Of a stretch of 64,000 nucleotides of DNA, positions 61,205 to 64,000 are shown one piece after another. Origin of the DNA: Candidatus Binatia bacterium (GTDB lineage: Bacteria > Desulfobacterota > Binatia > Bin18); contig CAXXHG010000027.1 of the NCBI GenBank assembly GCA_963666315.2, positions 1-64,000 on the forward strand. The letters run 5' to 3'. Position 1 is the first letter of the stretch, and every line of letters begins with the position of its first letter. The position numbers and the translations under genes are program-made. The notes beneath the pieces were generated by a model that made no database searches, had not been told where the DNA came from, and worked only from the letters and a program-made list of their open reading frames with translations.

Positions 61205-62299
61205 ATGTCGATCTATAAACGCAAGGATTCTTGGTATTACGATTTTCAGCATCAAGGCGAACGGTACACCGGCTCCATCGGGCATGTTTCAAAGACTGTG
61301 GCGAAGGAGGAATTTGCCCGTAAGAAGGCCGAAGTGATCGAAGGCCGGCTGAACCCCAACCGTGCAAGAAAGAGTCCCACCTTCCGCCAATTTGCGGCGG
61401 ACTACTTAGACTGGGCACGGACGAACAAGAAGCCGACGACGGTGCTGAGGAACCAGATGGCTATTAACGCCTTGCTGCCAGTACTGGGGGCAAAGAAGCT
61501 CAACGCGATAACCGCCTGGGCTATTGAACAGTTCAAAAAGGCACGGCGGGAAGCAGGAACGCAGCCGGGAACTATCAACACAGACCTGGCAACTTTGAAA
61601 GCCATGTTCCGCAAAGCTCGCGAATGGGGCAAGATGACCGCCACGCCTGAGGCCGGAGTCAAGAAACTACCAAGCCCGGAACCTCGGACCCGCTTTCTGT
61701 CTGAGGAAGAAGAAGCGCTGCTGTTGCCTGCATGTACGCCTGCGCTACGGCGCATCGTCAAGGCAGGCATCTTGTCCGGGTTGCGCAGGATCGAGTTGGT
61801 GAGCTTGCGGCCAGAGGACGTTGATCTAGAACGCAAGACTTTGCGCGTAGATTCCGCATTCAGTAAGAGTGGCAAAGGCCGGACACTCCCTCTCGGCCCA
61901 CGATTGCAAGCGGTACTTGAAGAAGCGTTATCCGTCCGTGGAGAAGCCCTCGTGGTCTTTGTGACTCAGATGGGAGTGGCGTGGACCGCAAGTGGCTTCA
62001 CGGCCTGGTTGCAGCGCGCCGGTAAGGGTGTGGTTAAGAATGTAGGCCCGCATGTCCTTCGACATACTTTCGCCAGCCGCCTGGTTATGAGCGGCGTTGA
62101 TATCCGCACCGTGCAGGAACTACTGGGACATGCTGATATAAACATGACCATGAGGTATGCTCACCTGTCCCCAGACCACAAAAGAGGGGCAATGGAAGCA
62201 ATGGAACGCCAGTTTTCAGGAAAAAGTCCCGCGAATTTTCACAACACCCCTTCTGAGAGCAGTTCGGGTAAGATCGAGAAAGTTGTGTCTATTCACTAG
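61205..62299 (+). CDS. int: Tyrosine recombinase/integrase
   Basis: N-terminal arm-binding-like WYYDF; GLRRIEL, SKSG, HVLRHTFA, LGH, RYAH catalytic residues intact. Confidence 0.95.
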   Translation: MSIYKRKDSWYYDFQHQGERYTGSIGHVSKTVAKEEFARKKAEVIEGRLNPNRARKSPTFRQFAADYLDWARTNKKPTTVLRNQMAINALLPVLGAKKLNAITAWAIEQFKKARREAGTQPGTINTDLATLKAMFRKAREWGKMTATPEAGVKKLPSPEPRTRFLSEEEEALLLPACTPALRRIVKAGILSGLRRIELVSLRPEDVDLERKTLRVDSAFSKSGKGRTLPLGPRLQAVLEEALSVRGEALVVFVTQMGVAWTASGFTAWLQRAGKGVVKNVGPHVLRHTFASRLVMSGVDIRTVQELLGHADINMTMRYAHLSPDHKRGAMEAMERQFSGKSPANFHNTPSESSSGKIEKVVSIH

Positions 62300-62354
62300 G
62301 TTAAGAGCTTTCTATGCGTCCTTAACAGTGTCCCGTCATTGTTCAACTTCAACA
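62284..62354 (+). repeat. Right att repeat, core TGTT-CAACTTC-AACA at 62340-62354
   Basis: Matches 48952-49022; arm repeat at 62223-62246 lies inside the int 3' end. Confidence 0.9.
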
Positions 62355-62755
62355 AACCCTGCCTTTTTATAAAAGTCCTGGGCGTTGAGGGTCGCATCCA
62401 GACAAACATCTCGATGTGAGCCTACTCGGGCTTTCTTGATTCCGTATGCGAGCAACCGGGAACCGACTCCTTGCTGAGCGTTTTCAGGAGCGACAAATAC
62501 GGCACGGATTTCTCCAGGTACAGCATGTCCAAAGCCGACGATTTGCGGGCCGGCCTCAGCGACAAATATTTCGCCTCGATCAATACCTTCAATACCTGGG
62601 AGATGGCCTTGAGGACAGCGGTTCTTGAGCCAGCCGGAAATTTGTTCGGGCGAGTAGTGGTCTTTGCACAGCGCTCTGACCGATTGCGTGTGGAGCGCAT
62701 GTATCCGACTGGCATCGCCGGTCGTTGCCGGCCGGATTGTGCATGGTTTTGTCAT
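62336..62755 (-). CDS. GNAT acetyltransferase (YafP-like), C-terminus coincides with att core
   Basis: IRPAT..VFVAP..QGVGSRLL..ATLNAQDFYKKAGF. Confidence 0.85.
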   Translation of the reverse strand: MTKPCTIRPATTGDASRIHALHTQSVRALCKDHYSPEQISGWLKNRCPQGHLPGIEGIDRGEIFVAEAGPQIVGFGHAVPGEIRAVFVAPENAQQGVGSRLLAYGIKKARVGSHRDVCLDATLNAQDFYKKAGFVEVEQ

Positions 62756-62803
62756 AGTCCTTTTCTCGCAGTGTTACCGAGAGGGACCAGAATGTTTGGA
62801 TGT

Positions 62804-64000
62804 TTATGCTGCCTCTCGAATCACCGGCATCCCGCCAGACGGAGCAAAGGTAATGCTGCGCCGAACGACGCGGACGGTATGACCTGGAGCTGAGCGTAAC
62901 GACACCCGAGACAACGCCTGAGCCAGCACAATTTTCATTTCATACATGGCAAAGGCGGCACCCAGGCAGTGGCGTACCCCGCCACCAAACGGGAAGAACT
63001 CGTTGGGACCGGGCCGCTTGGCAAGAAACCGGTCCGGGTCGAACCGTTCGGGGTCGGGCCACACATCCGGGCGACGGTGGGCCAGATAGATGCAGGGGGA
63101 AACAGCAACGCCCGCGGGCAGATCACATTTTCCGATACGCGTCGGTTCTTCGAGCCGCCGTGCTACGAGTGGCAAGATCGGGTTGAGCCGCATGGTCTCC
63201 TTAATGGTTGCGTCGAGGTATTCAAGTTCAATGAGATGCTGAGGCATAACCGGGCCAGAGCCAATAATCCGTTTCAGCTCAGCAGTCAGCTTCTCCTTGA
63301 CTTCGGGATGCTGCAAAATCCGATGGAAGGTCCAGGCCAGAGAGGTTGCCGTTGTTTCGTGACCGGCCAGCAACATGGTCATCATCTCGTCCCGCAGCTC
63401 GACATCACTCATGGGCTGACCATCCTCATGGCGTGCCTCGATCAGCATGGCGAGGATATCGTCACGCCCATTCCGTTCGGCTGCGCGGCGGCGCGCAATC
63501 TGAGCGTATAACAACTCGTCTACTTTCTGAGACAGCTGCTTTAGCCGCCGCCACGGGGTGAGGGGTCCGAGATCGATCTGTAGCAAAGGGATCATCAGGT
63601 AAGGGTTTGCAGTAGTGAGTGTCACGAAATCGATGAGACATTGACGCAGCTCACCCAAGTGGGGGCCCTCCTCCATACCAAAGACCGTACGCAGAATGAC
63701 ATCCAGCGTAATGCTTTGCATTTGCTCATGGATCGGGAAGGAACGGCCGGTCGGCCAGGTGTCAATCGCTCGGTCAGCGATCTCGCGCATGACCTCGCCG
63801 TACACCCGCATGCGGTCACCCTGGAAGGAAGGCATGAGGAGTTTACGCTCGCGCTTGTGGCGTGCTCCGTCGAGCAGGAGCACTGAGTTCTCTCCGAGGG
63901 TGGGTTTCAAAATAAAGTTGGCCTTGCCCGCCTGGAGGCTGCTCAGGGTTACTGGCAAAGATTTGCTTGATGGCTTCGGGATCGCTGAAGAAGACAATGG
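62804..64000 (-). CDS. Cytochrome P450 (5' end outside window; apparent 1-bp frameshift near 63938)
   Basis: AGHETT, ETMR, PERF, FGGGVRHCLG; upstream frame IVFFSDPEAIKQIF. Confidence 0.9.
   Translation of the reverse strand, partial: PLSSSAIPKPSSKSLPVTLSSLQAGKANFILKPTLGENSVLLLDGARHKRERKLLMPSFQGDRMRVYGEVMREIADRAIDTWPTGRSFPIHEQMQSITLDVILRTVFGMEEGPHLGELRQCLIDFVTLTTANPYLMIPLLQIDLGPLTPWRRLKQLSQKVDELLYAQIARRRAAERNGRDDILAMLIEARHEDGQPMSDVELRDEMMTMLLAGHETTATSLAWTFHRILQHPEVKEKLTAELKRIIGSGPVMPQHLIELEYLDATIKETMRLNPILPLVARRLEEPTRIGKCDLPAGVAVSPCIYLAHRRPDVWPDPERFDPDRFLAKRPGPNEFFPFGGGVRHCLGAAFAMYEMKIVLAQALSRVSLRSAPGHTVRVVRRSITFAPSGGMPVIREAA

Larger units (their letters stand above)
48952..62354. mobile_element. 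Integrated, partly decayed phage satellite (PICI-like), 13,332 bp between repeats
   Basis: Flanking direct repeats, integrase, xis-like HTH, primase/helicase, iterons, cos-like motif, terS; no capsid, portal or terL. Confidence 0.85.

Noticed and set aside
48952-62354. Complete prophage or conjugative element
   Set aside because: No terL, portal, capsid, tail, lysis, relaxase or T4SS genes

Overview
Bacterial chromosome window. The gene inventory (LLM-class oxidoreductases, amidohydrolase-2 enzymes, acyl-CoA dehydrogenases, a DUF1302 remnant, many TA modules, GTAG-type REP palindromes) suggests a Binatia/Tectomicrobia-like deltaproteobacterium, but this is inference only. Positions 1-45.9 kb are mostly catabolic or housekeeping genes: katG 5' end, hisS, pyrE, hydantoinase A/B, thiolase, and a TcuA-ICL/PEPM-PrpD cluster. 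They are interspersed with many short gene stubs that look like deletion scars. Two items stand out in this part. One is a sodium:solute symporter fused to two winged-helix domains. The other is an unannotated ~210-nt intergenic unit with a consensus sigma54 promoter, structured body, CU-rich tract and intrinsic terminator (candidate sRNA). Positions 48,952-62,354 hold a 13,332-bp integrated, partly decayed phage-satellite (PICI-like) element. It has an intact tyrosine integrase, an excisionase-like HTH, a primase-polymerase/SF3 helicase with a nonsense codon, an iteron origin, a cos-like motif and a truncated P27-type terS, and no capsid genes. Its ends carry a 71-bp direct repeat, a TGTT-N7-AACA core and 24-bp arm repeats, and it appears to interrupt a GNAT gene rather than a tRNA. 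Its cargo is secreted proteins (S8 protease, TPR, Sel1, 5x153-bp repeat protein), two of which share the same ~70-aa domain. No rRNA, tRNA or CRISPR array was seen. All family calls come from motif recognition by eye, not from database searches.
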